Positions 29,657 to 40,210 of a DNA stretch of 64,000 bases are shown in pieces (positions within the stretch are counted from its first letter, which is position 1; each line of letters opens with the position of its first letter). A model generated the notes under the pieces. It did no database searches and had not been told where the DNA came from. It worked only from the letters and a program-made list of their open reading frames with translations. This DNA comes from an uncultured Verrucomicrobiaceae bacterium. GTDB lineage: Bacteria > Pseudomonadota > Gammaproteobacteria > Pseudomonadales > CAMLJR01. Location of the stretch: assembly GCA_964500675.1 (NCBI GenBank), contig CAZCNY010000007.1, positions 81,582-145,581 of the forward strand, given 5' to 3'. The position numbers were made by a program, and so were the translations under genes.

Positions 29657-31342
29657 ATGGCAGATACCAAACAAAGACTGGTCCAGGATGATGGACAGGT
29701 TAAGCGCCCCATGGTGGGCTGGTACGACCCCGGCCAATTAATTCAAACCGCGGTTTCCGTTGTCGTCTCGACATGCTTCGGCCGCCACGCCGATTTTCGA
29801 CTCATGGAAGCGTTGGCCGTCAACAGCGAAGTGCATCGTTTCGATGAGTGCATCGATGGCGCATTTTGGTTTGATTATACCGCCGACGCCGGTGACGGCT
29901 GGAATTCCAGTTATGCCGTCGCGTATTGGCTGGCGCAACCGACACTGCATCTGCGCGATGAAAACGGCGGTGAACACCGTACCGAGCGCGGAAAAATTCT
30001 CGTGTTCGGCGGCGATGAGGTGTATCCCGTTGCGAGCCGATCGGCCTATCAAGAAAAATTGATCGATGTCTACGAGGCAGCGCTGGCGCAAACGCCCGAA
30101 AAAAATTCGCCGACGGTATTCGCGATTCCGGGCAATCACGATTGGTACGACAGCCTCGCCGCGTTCATGCGTTTGTTTTGTTCCGAGCGCTGGTTCGGCG
30201 GGTGGCGGACGCAACAAAAGGCGAGTTATTTCGCCGCGAAATTGCCGCGCGGCTGGTGGCTGATCGGCACCGATATTCAATTGGATTCCGATATCGACGA
30301 TGCACAGGTGCGATTTCTGCGCAGCGTCGCGGAGCAAATGCAAGAACGCGATCGCATCATTCTCTGTGTTGCGGAACCGCATTGGATTTACGCAAAAGCG
30401 TACGGCATCGACGACAAGGATTACAACGAAAGCAATCTCGCCTTCATCGAGGAAAAGATTTTCAAGCGCAAGATAGCCGCTTTTGTCGCGGGCGATCTGC
30501 ATCATTATCGCCGGCATGCGGCGCCCGACGGCGTGCAGAAAATTACCGCGGGGGGTGGCGGCGCGTTTTTGCATCCCACGCACGGACCCGATGTGGAAAA
30601 TCTCGCCGACGATTTCAAGCTGGCGAAAAGTTTTCCCGACCAGAAAATTTCGCGCCGCCTGGCGTGGCGCAATGCAATGTTTCCGGCGCTCAACCCGACG
30701 TTCGGCGTGGTCACGGGAATTTTGTATCTGCTCACCGGGTGGGCTACGCATTTGGATTTATCCACGTATTCGTTGCGCGAGATAAAACCGGCGCTCGGCG
30801 CATCGGTGAACAAAGCGCTGAATGAACCGCTCGCGGCATTTTGGATAACGCTGGTATTTCTCGGGTTTTATTTGTTCACCGATACGCACTCGAAATGGTA
30901 TCGCTATAGCGCGGGTACGCTGCATGGCCTCGCTCATTTGCTGGCGGTATTTAGCCTCGGTTGGCTCAGCAGTAAATTGACCGTAACGCTGCTCGGTTTC
31001 GCCTTCGGTTCGACGGCGCAATTGTTGAGTGCGGGGCTTGCGATGTTTATCGGCGGTTGGCTGGCGGGTTCGATCATCATGGGGCTGTATCTGCTGATTT
31101 CGCTGAATGGCTTCAAGCATCACACCAACGAGGCCTTTTCGTCGCTGAAGATCGAGGACTGGAAAAATTTTCTGCGCATGAAAATCGATGCCGATGGCAG
31201 TTTGACGATTTTCGCGGTGGGCTTGCGACGCGTGCCGCGCCGATGGAAAAAAATCGGCGAGCCCGGCGCGCGCAGCTGTATCATTCCCGATGATAAAAGC
31301 GCAACCGAGCCGCATCTGATCGATAAGGTCGTGCTTAGATGA
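29657..31342 (+). CDS. metallophosphoesterase fused to a C-terminal polytopic membrane domain
   Basis: 561 aa with calcineurin-like motifs DAGDG, GGDEVYP, IPGNHDWYD and AGDLHHY, followed by ~5 hydrophobic segments (aa ~350-490). Confidence 0.8.
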   Translation: MADTKQRLVQDDGQVKRPMVGWYDPGQLIQTAVSVVVSTCFGRHADFRLMEALAVNSEVHRFDECIDGAFWFDYTADAGDGWNSSYAVAYWLAQPTLHLRDENGGEHRTERGKILVFGGDEVYPVASRSAYQEKLIDVYEAALAQTPEKNSPTVFAIPGNHDWYDSLAAFMRLFCSERWFGGWRTQQKASYFAAKLPRGWWLIGTDIQLDSDIDDAQVRFLRSVAEQMQERDRIILCVAEPHWIYAKAYGIDDKDYNESNLAFIEEKIFKRKIAAFVAGDLHHYRRHAAPDGVQKITAGGGGAFLHPTHGPDVENLADDFKLAKSFPDQKISRRLAWRNAMFPALNPTFGVVTGILYLLTGWATHLDLSTYSLREIKPALGASVNKALNEPLAAFWITLVFLGFYLFTDTHSKWYRYSAGTLHGLAHLLAVFSLGWLSSKLTVTLLGFAFGSTAQLLSAGLAMFIGGWLAGSIIMGLYLLISLNGFKHHTNEAFSSLKIEDWKNFLRMKIDADGSLTIFAVGLRRVPRRWKKIGEPGARSCIIPDDKSATEPHLIDKVVLR

Positions 31343-31388
31343 GGCGGCGCTTAAATAAAGTTATCCGAAAATAAAAGAGTTCCTCGAT

Positions 31389-32870
31389 ATGCGCTATGTA
31401 TTGGCGATGGATCAGGGCACCACGAGTTCGCGTGCGATCGTATTCGACAGCGCTGCGCGCATCTGTGGAATTGCGCAGCAGGAATATCAGCAGCTGTATC
31501 CACGGGCGGGGTGGGTCGAACACGATCCCTACGATATTTGGCAGAGCCAGCTCAGCGTTGCGCGACAGGCGCTCACGAAAGCCGGCGTCACCGCGCGCGA
31601 TATCGCCGCCGTCGGCATCACCAATCAGCGCGAAACCACATTGTTGTGGGACCGGCGCAACGGTAAACCGATGGGCAATGCGATCGTCTGGCAGGACCGG
31701 CGCACCGCGGATCGTTGCGCGCAACTGAAACCGCAGCATGAAAAATTATTTCGCGAACGCACGGGGCTGCTGCTCGATCCGTATTTTTCGGGAACCAAAC
31801 TCGCGTGGTTGCTCGATCATCATAAAGATGCGCGCAATCGCGCCGAAAATGGCGAGCTGGCATTTGGCACGGTCGATACCTGGTTGTTATTCAATTTAAC
31901 GAAAGGCGGATTGCACGCGACCGACGTGACGAATGCATCGCGCACTTTGTTGTTCGATATTCACCGCAATTGCTGGGACAGCGACTTGCTTGCGGCGCTC
32001 GTCATTCCCGAAAAATTATTGCCGCGAGTGTTGCCTTCAAGCGCTAAGTTTGGGTACACCGCAGCCGAATTATTCGGCGAGCCGATTTTGATCGGCGGCG
32101 TCGCTGGCGATCAGCAAGCGGCGTTATTTGGTCAAGCTTGTCACGCTCCGGGCATGGTTAAAAATACCTACGGCACGGGTTGTTTCATGCTGATGCAAAC
32201 CGGCGCGACTGCGTGCGCGTCGCGACATGGTTTGTTGACGACGAGCGCGGCGCAAATCGACAGCACGCCGATATTCGCGCTTGAAGGCAGCGTATTCATC
32301 GGCGGCGCAGTGGTGCAATGGTTGCGCGATGGTCTCGGCATCATCAAAAGCTCGAACGAAATCGAAGCGCTCGCCACTTCTGTGACCGACAGCGGCGGCG
32401 TGTATTTCGTGCCCGCATTCACCGGTCTCGGCTCGCCGCATTGGGATCCGCATGCGCGCGGCACGATATTCGGTTTGACGCGCGGCAGCACGAAAGCGCA
32501 CATCGCGCGCGCTGCGCTCGAAGCCATCGGTTATCAATCCGCTGAATTGTTGTTAGCGATGCAACAGGATGCCGGCACACCGATCAAAGAATTGCGCGTC
32601 GATGGCGGCGCAAGTGCAAATAATTTATTGATGCAACATCAAGCCGATTTACTCGGCGTACCCGTCGTGCGCCCGCGCATTATCGAAACCACCGCGTTGG
32701 GTGCGGCGTATCTCGCGGGATTAACCGCCGGTGTATGGAGTAACACAGAAGAAATTTCAGCGCATTGGCAAATCGATCGCGTTTTCGAACCGATGCTTTC
32801 GCGCGATGAAGCGGCGCAACGGATGTTTGATTGGAGTAAGGCGGTGAGCGCGTGTAATCCGTGGAGATAA
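31389..32870 (+). CDS. glpK: glycerol kinase
   Basis: 493 aa with [20 protein letters not shown] start and the FGGY-family signature throughout. Confidence 0.96.
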   Translation: MRYVLAMDQGTTSSRAIVFDSAARICGIAQQEYQQLYPRAGWVEHDPYDIWQSQLSVARQALTKAGVTARDIAAVGITNQRETTLLWDRRNGKPMGNAIVWQDRRTADRCAQLKPQHEKLFRERTGLLLDPYFSGTKLAWLLDHHKDARNRAENGELAFGTVDTWLLFNLTKGGLHATDVTNASRTLLFDIHRNCWDSDLLAALVIPEKLLPRVLPSSAKFGYTAAELFGEPILIGGVAGDQQAALFGQACHAPGMVKNTYGTGCFMLMQTGATACASRHGLLTTSAAQIDSTPIFALEGSVFIGGAVVQWLRDGLGIIKSSNEIEALATSVTDSGGVYFVPAFTGLGSPHWDPHARGTIFGLTRGSTKAHIARAALEAIGYQSAELLLAMQQDAGTPIKELRVDGGASANNLLMQHQADLLGVPVVRPRIIETTALGAAYLAGLTAGVWSNTEEISAHWQIDRVFEPMLSRDEAAQRMFDWSKAVSACNPWR

Positions 32871-32871
32871 A

Positions 32872-33591
32872 TCAATTAACCTTTGGCTTTTCGAGATAAC
32901 ATTCTCTTAGTAAGTTTTCTAATTTAATAAACGTGTCATCGATTAGCTTTTCGGCACCAATCAGTACTCCAACTTTGTCGCCTTTATTAAAGCAGGGTAA
33001 CTGTTTAACGGCTGCTTCGGGTAAATAGAACTCAATATTGTCTGTTCCATTGGTAAAGTCGAACCAATGCTCTGCTGTACTGAATTCATTACTGTAGTGA
33101 TAAACGCCAGCCCTGTATTCGGCAAGCTTGTTGATCCAACTACTGTGTAGGGACTTTACTGATGCGGCCGTTTTTGGAAATCCGAGATGGTTGTTTCTTA
33201 AGGTTTGTTGAAGACTGTTCCATTTCATGATTTTTGACGTATTTTCTGTAATTATCATCGTTATTAAAGAGGCGGAGTAATCGATCAGCGAAATTAAATT
33301 AAAAATAACATCATCAAAGTTGAATGAGATTGGAAATAGATGGTTAATTGCAGCTGGGTAGATGTCGTCTCGGGTTTTTTGAAGGGAGATCGTATAGATG
33401 GCGTTGTTGAGAGTTGCTTTTAATGCGTTGTAATTCCATTGGACGGCGGATGCTCTATAGGCCACTGCATTGCTTCGCTCGGTTAAGATGGTTCTAGTGG
33501 CGGTTGCAGATCCAGAGTAATGTTCATTTAAGTGAGTGATCAGATAACCTCTGATTCTATTTTCGTATTTGCGAAACTCTACATCTTGCAT
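32872..33591 (-). CDS. AT-rich orphan protein (239 aa), possible HEPN-like domain
   Basis: Intact ORF with GGTGA RBS. Three 60-nt lines inside it count 30%, 42% and 30% G+C, against 57% for a glpK line. Contains LAEYRAGVYHY (R160-x4-H165). I recognise no homologue. Confidence 0.6.
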   Translation of the reverse strand: MQDVEFRKYENRIRGYLITHLNEHYSGSATATRTILTERSNAVAYRASAVQWNYNALKATLNNAIYTISLQKTRDDIYPAAINHLFPISFNFDDVIFNLISLIDYSASLITMIITENTSKIMKWNSLQQTLRNNHLGFPKTAASVKSLHSSWINKLAEYRAGVYHYSNEFSTAEHWFDFTNGTDNIEFYLPEAAVKQLPCFNKGDKVGVLIGAEKLIDDTFIKLENLLRECYLEKPKVN

Positions 33592-33624
33592 GTTTCACCA
33601 TTTAAAATTTCAACCATTAGTATG

Positions 33625-35823
33625 CTATTTCCGCCGCGAACCACGCGCATTTTTAGAGCGGCTTCGTGCTGGTTTATCTCCACGATCGCGCGGCGGTAAT
33701 CCTGTATGCTGCGTCAAAATCCGCTTGCCAGGCTTTTCGGGTTTCGCCGTCGATGTTTTCGATGATTGCCAGTTCGCAGGCTGGCGCGGCGGGATCAATT
33801 GTTTTTTGCCGTAGCCGATTAAATCGGCGCGGCCCATTTCTTTGAGTGTGTCGCGCAGTAGCGGCCAGTTTTCCGGGTCGTGATAGCGCAGAAACGCTTT
33901 GTGCAAACGGCGCTGACGCAGGCCTTTCGCGGTAAACACTTTTTCGCTGTCGCGATTGACGTGGTGCAGCGGATTTTTCCCCGAGTAATACATCGCTGTT
34001 GCGTTCGCCATCGGCGAGGGATAAAACGCCTGCACCTGATCGGCGCGAAAGCCATTTTCCTTAAGCCATAGCGCGAGATTGAGCATGTCCTTATCGGTGG
34101 TGCCCGGATGCGCGGCGATGAAATACGGAATCAGAAACTGTTCTTTGCCGGCCTGTTTCGAAAATTTATCGAACATCGCTTTGAAGCGATCGTAGGTGCC
34201 GATGCCGGGCTTCATCATTTTCGAGAGCGGGCCATCCTCGGTGTGCTCGGGCGCGATTTTCAAATAGCCGCCGACGTGATACGTGACGAGCTCTTTCACG
34301 TATTCCGGTGTTTCCACGGCGAGGTCGTAACGTAAACCTGAAGCGATCAGCACACGCTTGATACCGGGCAATTCGCGCACGGCGCGATATAAATGAATCA
34401 GCGGCGTTTGATCGGTGTCGAGATTTTTGCAGATGCCCGGATACACGCACGATAAGCGCCGGCAGTTCTCTTCGATTTTTTTGCTCTTGCAGTTGAGCCG
34501 CCACATATTCGCGGTGGGACCGCCGAGATCGGAAATCGCGCCCGTGAATCCCGGCGTTTTGTCGCGAATATTTTCGACTTCGCGCACGATCGATTCTTCG
34601 GAGCGGCTTTGAATAATGCGGCCTTCGTGTTCGGTGATCGAACAAAAACTGCAACCGCCGAAACAGCCGCGCATGATATTCACCGAGAAGCGAATCATTT
34701 CGTACGCGGGAATTTTTGCATCGCCATACGCCGGGTGCGGCACGCGCTGATACGGCAATTCAAAAACGTTATCGAGCTCGTCGGTTTCAAGCGGCAGCGG
34801 CGGCGGGTTGAGCCACACTTCGCGCTCGCCGTGTTTCTGCACGAGCGCACGCGCATTGCCGGGGTTGGTTTCCAAATGCAAAACGCGCGCGGTGTGTGCG
34901 TAATACACGGGATCGTTTTTAACCTGTTCGTAACTCGGCAGGCGGATCACGGTTTTATGCGGATCGAGTTTCGCCTTGCGCGCGGTCAGCGGATCGAGAA
35001 TGCGTATGACCTGCGTTTTTTCAACGAGCGGCTCTGCTTTTTTCGTTGCGCATACCGATGGTTCTTCAACCATCTCATAAGGGTTTTTGTGATGATTGGT
35101 TGGGCCGAGTTGATCGAATTCGGTTGAATCGATCACGGTCCAACCGGCAGGAATTTCATTCGTCGCGAATGCAGTGCCGCGCACATCGCGAATATTTTCG
35201 ATGTTTTCGCCGTTCGCTAAACGATGCGTGACTTCGACAATCGCGCGCTCGGCATTTCCGTACAGCAATAAATCGGCTTTGCTGTCGAGCAAAATCGAAC
35301 GTCGAACTTTATCGCTCCAATAATCGTAATGCGCGATGCGGCGCAAACTCGCTTCGATCGAGCCGATCACCACCGGCACATCGGGATACGCTTCCTGGCA
35401 GCGCTGCGAATACACGATGACGGCGCGGTCGGGGCGTTTGCCGCCGACATCGCCGGGCGTGTACGCATCGTCGTGACGCAGGCGGCGATCGGCCGTGTAG
35501 CGGTTGATCATCGAATCCATATTGCCCGCGGCGACGCCGAAATACAGATTCGGTTTGCCGAGCGCCATGAATGCGTCTTTCGATTGCCAGTCGGGCTGCG
35601 CGATGATGCCGACGCGAAAACCCTGCGCTTCGAGCGTGCGGCCGATCACGGCCATGCCGAAACTCGGATGATCCACATACGCATCGCCCGTAACGATGAT
35701 GACATCGCACGAATCCCAGCCGAGCACATCCATTTCCGCGCGCGACATCGGCAGAAACGGCGCCGGGCCGAAACATTCGGCCCAGTATTTTCTATAAGAA
35801 AAGAGTTGTGTGGCTTGGGGCAT
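33625..35823 (-). CDS. ygiQ: YgiQ-family radical SAM protein (UPF0313)
   Basis: 732 aa with [44 protein letters not shown] start, a CFGGCSFC radical-SAM triad and a basic C-terminal tail. Confidence 0.9.
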   Translation of the reverse strand: MPQATQLFSYRKYWAECFGPAPFLPMSRAEMDVLGWDSCDVIIVTGDAYVDHPSFGMAVIGRTLEAQGFRVGIIAQPDWQSKDAFMALGKPNLYFGVAAGNMDSMINRYTADRRLRHDDAYTPGDVGGKRPDRAVIVYSQRCQEAYPDVPVVIGSIEASLRRIAHYDYWSDKVRRSILLDSKADLLLYGNAERAIVEVTHRLANGENIENIRDVRGTAFATNEIPAGWTVIDSTEFDQLGPTNHHKNPYEMVEEPSVCATKKAEPLVEKTQVIRILDPLTARKAKLDPHKTVIRLPSYEQVKNDPVYYAHTARVLHLETNPGNARALVQKHGEREVWLNPPPLPLETDELDNVFELPYQRVPHPAYGDAKIPAYEMIRFSVNIMRGCFGGCSFCSITEHEGRIIQSRSEESIVREVENIRDKTPGFTGAISDLGGPTANMWRLNCKSKKIEENCRRLSCVYPGICKNLDTDQTPLIHLYRAVRELPGIKRVLIASGLRYDLAVETPEYVKELVTYHVGGYLKIAPEHTEDGPLSKMMKPGIGTYDRFKAMFDKFSKQAGKEQFLIPYFIAAHPGTTDKDMLNLALWLKENGFRADQVQAFYPSPMANATAMYYSGKNPLHHVNRDSEKVFTAKGLRQRRLHKAFLRYHDPENWPLLRDTLKEMGRADLIGYGKKQLIPPRQPANWQSSKTSTAKPEKPGKRILTQHTGLPPRDRGDKPARSRSKNARGSRRK

Positions 35824-35930
35824 ATCAGAGTACGGCGGTCGGATAAGGCGGGCATTATACGCTGGTTGTGCCTTTAATATCCTTTATGCAATAGTGACCG
35901 CTGGCTTTCACTTAGCTCGTTGATTTATCT

Positions 35931-36824
35931 ATGGAACATACCTACCGCCTGGTGATTTCGTGCCCCGATCGCGTCGGCATCGTCGCGCGCGTGAGTCAGT
36001 TCGTGGCCGAGTATGGCGGTTGGCTGACCGAGGCCAATTATCACTCCGATCGCGACAGCGGCTGGTTTTTCATGCGCAACGAGATTCGCGCCGATTCGCT
36101 CAAGATCGGCGTGCGCGAATTTTCCGCCGCGTTCGCGCGCATTGCCGACGACTACAAAATGCAGTGGTATTTACGCGATTCGACCGTGCGCCAGCGCGTC
36201 GTCATTCTCGCGAGCCATGCTTCGCATTGCCTCGCCGATTTATTGCACCGCTGGCATTCGGACGAATTGTTCTGCGATATTCCCTGCGTGATTTCGAATC
36301 ACGAAAATCTGCGCAGCATGGTCGAGTGGCATAACATTCCGTTTCATTACGTGCCCGTACCCAAGGGACAAGAGGCCCAAGGAAAAGAAGAGAAGGATAC
36401 GGAGGGCAAGGCGCGGGCGTTCGCTGAAGTCGAAAAATTGATCGAGCAATATCGCGCCGATACGATTGTGTTAGCGCGCTACATGCAGATCGTGCCGCCC
36501 GAATTGTGCGTAAAATATCCGGGCAGGATCATCAATATTCACCACAGTTTTCTGCCTTCTTTTATCGGCGCCAATCCATATCAGAAAGCCTACGACCGCG
36601 GCGTGAAATTGATCGGCGCGACGAGTCATTACGTGACCACTGAGTTGGACGAAGGACCGATCATCGAACAGGACGTGATCCGTGTGAATCATCGCCATGC
36701 GGTCGAGGATTTAGTGCGCTTGGGAAAGGACGTGGAGGTCGCGGTACTGGCGCGCGCGCTGCGCAACCACCTCGAAGATCGCGTTGTCGTGCACGGCAAC
36801 AAAACCGTCGTATTCAATGGCTGA
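35931..36824 (+). CDS. purU: formyltetrahydrofolate deformylase
   Basis: 297 aa with an N-terminal ACT domain (LVISCPDRVGIVARVSQF) plus a formyltransferase core (INIHHSFLPSF). Confidence 0.93.
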   Translation: MEHTYRLVISCPDRVGIVARVSQFVAEYGGWLTEANYHSDRDSGWFFMRNEIRADSLKIGVREFSAAFARIADDYKMQWYLRDSTVRQRVVILASHASHCLADLLHRWHSDELFCDIPCVISNHENLRSMVEWHNIPFHYVPVPKGQEAQGKEEKDTEGKARAFAEVEKLIEQYRADTIVLARYMQIVPPELCVKYPGRIINIHHSFLPSFIGANPYQKAYDRGVKLIGATSHYVTTELDEGPIIEQDVIRVNHRHAVEDLVRLGKDVEVAVLARALRNHLEDRVVVHGNKTVVFNG

Positions 36825-36843
36825 TCGACCGGTGTTTGCACAA

Positions 36844-36861
36844 TTGTCACATTAACTTCAT
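36844..36861 (+). promoter_or_regulatory. candidate Pho box 1 upstream of phoB
   Basis: TTGTCAC-ATTA-ACTTCAT has the 7-4-7 layout of the CTGTCAT-N4-CTGTCAT consensus. A TTTAAT/TAATAG -10-like hexamer lies ~12 nt downstream. Confidence 0.45.
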
Positions 36862-36887
36862 ATTGCTTCTCTTTAATAGCCACCAAA

Positions 36888-36905
36888 CTGTCATGCCGCT
36901 GTAGG
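36888..36905 (+). promoter_or_regulatory. candidate Pho box 2 upstream of phoB
   Basis: CTGTCAT-GCCG-CTGTAGG, 43 nt upstream of the phoB ATG. The first half-site is a perfect match to consensus. Confidence 0.45.
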
Positions 36906-36947
36906 GTTCTCCGCGCGGCGCCCACTAAAGGTAGCTGTTAGGCGATT

Positions 36948-37655
36948 ATGGATAACAAGTGTGTATTGATTGTCGATGACGAATCCGCGATTCGCGAGAT
37001 GATTCGCGTCGCGCTCGAAATGTCCGATTTCGACTGCATGGAAGCGGCCAATGCGCAGGAAGCGCACGGACGTATCATCGATCACAAGCCCGATCTGGTT
37101 CTGCTCGATTGGATGCTGCCCGGTGCGAGCGGCATCGAATTACTGCGTCGATTGAAGCGCGAAGAATTGACCAAGGACGTGCCCGTGATCATGCTGACGG
37201 CCAAGGGTGAAGAAGACAATAAAATCCAAGGTCTCGAAGTCGGCGCCGACGACTACATCACCAAACCGTTCGCGCCGCGCGAATTGATTGCGCGCATCAA
37301 AGCGGTGATGCGGCGCAGCGGCCAACTGGAAGACGAAGGCGCGATCGAGGTTGAAGGGCTCGTGCTCGATCCGGCCAGTCATCGCGTATTTATCCGGCAG
37401 AAACCGGTCGATATGGGACCCACAGAGTTCAAGCTGTTAAAATTTTTCATGACGCACCGCGAGCGCGCCTATTCGCGCGGCCAGTTGCTCGATCACGTGT
37501 GGGGCGGTAATGTCTACGTCGAGGAGCGCACCGTCGATGTGCATATCCGCCGTCTGCGCAAAGCGCTGCAGACCGATGAAGCCGATTATGGCGAGTTGAT
37601 TCAAACGGTGCGCGGTACCGGCTATCGATTCTCCACCACCGGTGCGTTTGTCTAA
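36948..37655 (+). CDS. phoB: phosphate regulon response regulator
   Basis: 235 aa OmpR-family protein. [19 protein letters not shown] and the C-terminal winged helix are collinear with PhoB. Followed by phoR. Confidence 0.92.
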   Translation: MDNKCVLIVDDESAIREMIRVALEMSDFDCMEAANAQEAHGRIIDHKPDLVLLDWMLPGASGIELLRRLKREELTKDVPVIMLTAKGEEDNKIQGLEVGADDYITKPFAPRELIARIKAVMRRSGQLEDEGAIEVEGLVLDPASHRVFIRQKPVDMGPTEFKLLKFFMTHRERAYSRGQLLDHVWGGNVYVEERTVDVHIRRLRKALQTDEADYGELIQTVRGTGYRFSTTGAFV

Positions 37656-37709
37656 CAGCAGCTGTCGTCCGGTGGCTGCGCCCGCCAGAGAGCTAATGCT
37701 GACCCGCTG

Positions 37710-39023
37710 ATGTTAACAAATAACTGGAAGTCCGAAGTTTACCGTTTGTTATTGTGGCTCGGCGGCGCCTTGTTGATCGGCTGGTTACTCGATCGGGTGC
37801 CGTGGACGGTCGCCATCGCGGCGCTCGCGTTTGCCGCGCGCTCGATCTACAACCTCCATCGCTTGCAGCATTGGTTGTCGCAGCGTTCCTCGGTTGAGCC
37901 GCCAGAAGCGAGCGGTATGTGGGGCGAGGTGATGGACAATCTCTACCGCATGCAGCGGAAAGATCGACGCGAGCGTGTGCGGCTGCGCGCGTTGATCGGC
38001 TATTTGCGCGAGTCGTTCGCCTCGTTGCCTTATGGGGCGGTCATGATCGACCCGGAAGGCAATATCGAATGGACGAATAGAGCGGCCGAAACGTTGTTGG
38101 GGTTGCGTTTTCCGGACGATACGGGTCAACAAATTTTAAATCTGATGCGCGGTCCGGAGTTCGTCGCCTATTTCGAGGCGGAGGATTACAGCAAACCGCT
38201 CGAAATGCCGTCGTCATTGCATAACGATGTGCAATTGCAAATTCACGTCACGTTTTTTGGCCGACGCAGCCGCTTATTGTTCGCGCGCGATATCACGCAA
38301 GCGACGCGGCTCGAACAGATGCGCAAGGATTTCGTCGCCAATGTTTCGCACGAGCTGCGCACGCCGCTAACCGTCATCAACGGTTATCTCGAAACGTTCG
38401 CCGACAGTGTCGGTGCCAATAATCCGCGCTGGGCGCGCGCGCTCGATCAAATGTTGATGCAATCGCGCCGCATGCAGACGCTGATCAACGATTTGCTACT
38501 GCTGTCGCGTCTCGAAACCTTGCCTGAAGTGAGCGGACATGAAGCATTCGCGCTGCGGCCGCTGCTCGAAATGATCCGCGAAGAAGCGCTGGCATCGGTC
38601 GCCGGTAAACGCGAAATCACGATCGAGTGCGATGACAGTCTCGCGCTGATCGGACAGCGCGACGAGTTGCGCTCGGCCTTTGCCAACATCGTGCTCAATG
38701 CCACGCGTTACACCGAAGTCGGCGGCAATATTGCGATCCGCTGGTTTGCCGATCGCGACAATGCGTACCTGCAAGTGCAGGACGATGGCGTCGGCATCGA
38801 GGCCGATCATATCCCGCGCCTGACCGAGCGCTTTTATCGCGTCGATAAGAGCCGCTCGATGGACACCGGCGGCACGGGGCTGGGGCTCGCCATCGTCAAG
38901 CATGTGCTGATTCGCCATCAAGCGCGGTTGCACGTGACCTCCAAGCCCGGTGAGGGCAGTTGTTTTTCGTGCGTGTTCCCGCTGACGCGAACCGCGCGCG
39001 AAGTAAAGTCCGCGCAACGCTAG
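37710..39023 (+). CDS. phoR: phosphate regulon sensor histidine kinase
   Basis: 437 aa with two N-terminal TM segments, a PAS-like region, FVANVSHELRTPLT H-box and a GTGLGLAIVKH G-box. Confidence 0.92.
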   Translation: MLTNNWKSEVYRLLLWLGGALLIGWLLDRVPWTVAIAALAFAARSIYNLHRLQHWLSQRSSVEPPEASGMWGEVMDNLYRMQRKDRRERVRLRALIGYLRESFASLPYGAVMIDPEGNIEWTNRAAETLLGLRFPDDTGQQILNLMRGPEFVAYFEAEDYSKPLEMPSSLHNDVQLQIHVTFFGRRSRLLFARDITQATRLEQMRKDFVANVSHELRTPLTVINGYLETFADSVGANNPRWARALDQMLMQSRRMQTLINDLLLLSRLETLPEVSGHEAFALRPLLEMIREEALASVAGKREITIECDDSLALIGQRDELRSAFANIVLNATRYTEVGGNIAIRWFADRDNAYLQVQDDGVGIEADHIPRLTERFYRVDKSRSMDTGGTGLGLAIVKHVLIRHQARLHVTSKPGEGSCFSCVFPLTRTAREVKSAQR

Positions 39024-39097
39024 CGGGAGCGTTGGGTTAAGAGGTCGTGAGGCCCAGCGACCGCAGGGCGGAAAAACAACGATTTTGTGTAGCAAAA

Positions 39098-39115
39098 ATG
39101 TCATAATTCGTTTCT
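39098..39115 (+). promoter_or_regulatory. weak Pho-box-like element upstream of pstB
   Basis: ATGTCAT-AATT-CGTTTCT. The first half is good and the second half is poor. Confidence 0.2.
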
Positions 39116-39305
39116 AAGATGTGTCGATGCAAGAGTTGACGATGCCCTCCCAAATTATTATTGGAAACGCCGCGAATCGATTGGCCGTCTCTATTTCTAT
39201 TCGACTCATCGTCCTTATTGCGCCGTAGAATTCCGGCGCCGTCGCACTGCGCAAATGCTTACGCGAAACCAGTCGCGCTCTGGAAATGTAAAGGAAAATT
39301 TCGTT

Positions 39306-40145
39306 ATGTCCGAAACGCCAACCGCCAAATCGCACGCGATCGATATTTCGCAACTCGGCCGCTCACCGGGACAGCATTCGCTGGAGAATGAAGAGACCTG
39401 CTTGTCGGTGCGCAACCTGAATTTGTTCTACGGTACCAAGCAGGCGCTTCACGACGTCAACATGGAGATTCCTCACCAGCGCGTCACCGCGTTCATAGGC
39501 CCGAGCGGCTGCGGTAAATCGACACTGCTGCGCTGCTTCAATCGCATGAACGATCTGGTCGATTCGTGCCGCATCGAAGGCGGCATTCTGCTCGACGATG
39601 CCGATATCTACGCGAAATCCGTTGATGTCGCTGCGCTGCGCCGCCGCGTCGGTATGGTGTTTCAAAAGCCGAATCCGTTTCCAAAAACGATTTACGAAAA
39701 CGTCGCTTACGGTTTGCGCATTCAAGGCATCAATAAGAAGCGCGTGCTCGATGAGGTTGTCGAGCGCTCGCTGCGTTCGGCTGCGTTGTGGGATGAAGTC
39801 AAAGATCGATTGCATGAAAACGCGCTCGGTATGTCGGGTGGTCAGCAGCAGCGCCTCGTTATCGCGCGCACCATCGCGGTCGAGCCTGAAGTGGTGTTGC
39901 TTGATGAACCGGCCTCCGCGCTCGATCCGATTTCGACATTGAAAATCGAAGAATTAATTTATGAATTGAAAGCCAAATACACCCTTGTGATCGTTACCCA
40001 CAACATGCAGCAAGCGGCGCGGGTTTCTGACTATACTGCCTTCATGTACATGGGCAAGTTGATCGAATTCGATAGCACCGATCGCCTGTTCACGAACCCC
40101 AAACAACGGCAGACCGAAGACTACATCACGGGGCGCTATGGTTGA
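39306..40145 (+). CDS. pstB: phosphate ABC transporter ATP-binding protein
   Basis: ORF 39255..40145 trimmed to ATG 39306 (AAGGAAA RBS). Has Walker [10 protein letters not shown], the LSGGQQQRL signature, and the PstB-typical C-terminus ...[10 protein letters not shown]. Confidence 0.93.
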   Translation: MSETPTAKSHAIDISQLGRSPGQHSLENEETCLSVRNLNLFYGTKQALHDVNMEIPHQRVTAFIGPSGCGKSTLLRCFNRMNDLVDSCRIEGGILLDDADIYAKSVDVAALRRRVGMVFQKPNPFPKTIYENVAYGLRIQGINKKRVLDEVVERSLRSAALWDEVKDRLHENALGMSGGQQQRLVIARTIAVEPEVVLLDEPASALDPISTLKIEELIYELKAKYTLVIVTHNMQQAARVSDYTAFMYMGKLIEFDSTDRLFTNPKQRQTEDYITGRYG

Positions 40146-40210
40146 CGGGCCAATAGGACCGATACCGGCGTCGCGTTGAGCGATTTAATTATTTTTGAGG
40201 TGCTTTGACC

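Noticed and set aside
29738-30751. 337-aa antisense ORF inside the metallophosphoesterase gene
   Set aside because: A shadow ORF. The plus-strand frame carries the complete set of calcineurin-like motifs, and the antisense product is Arg-rich with no motif.
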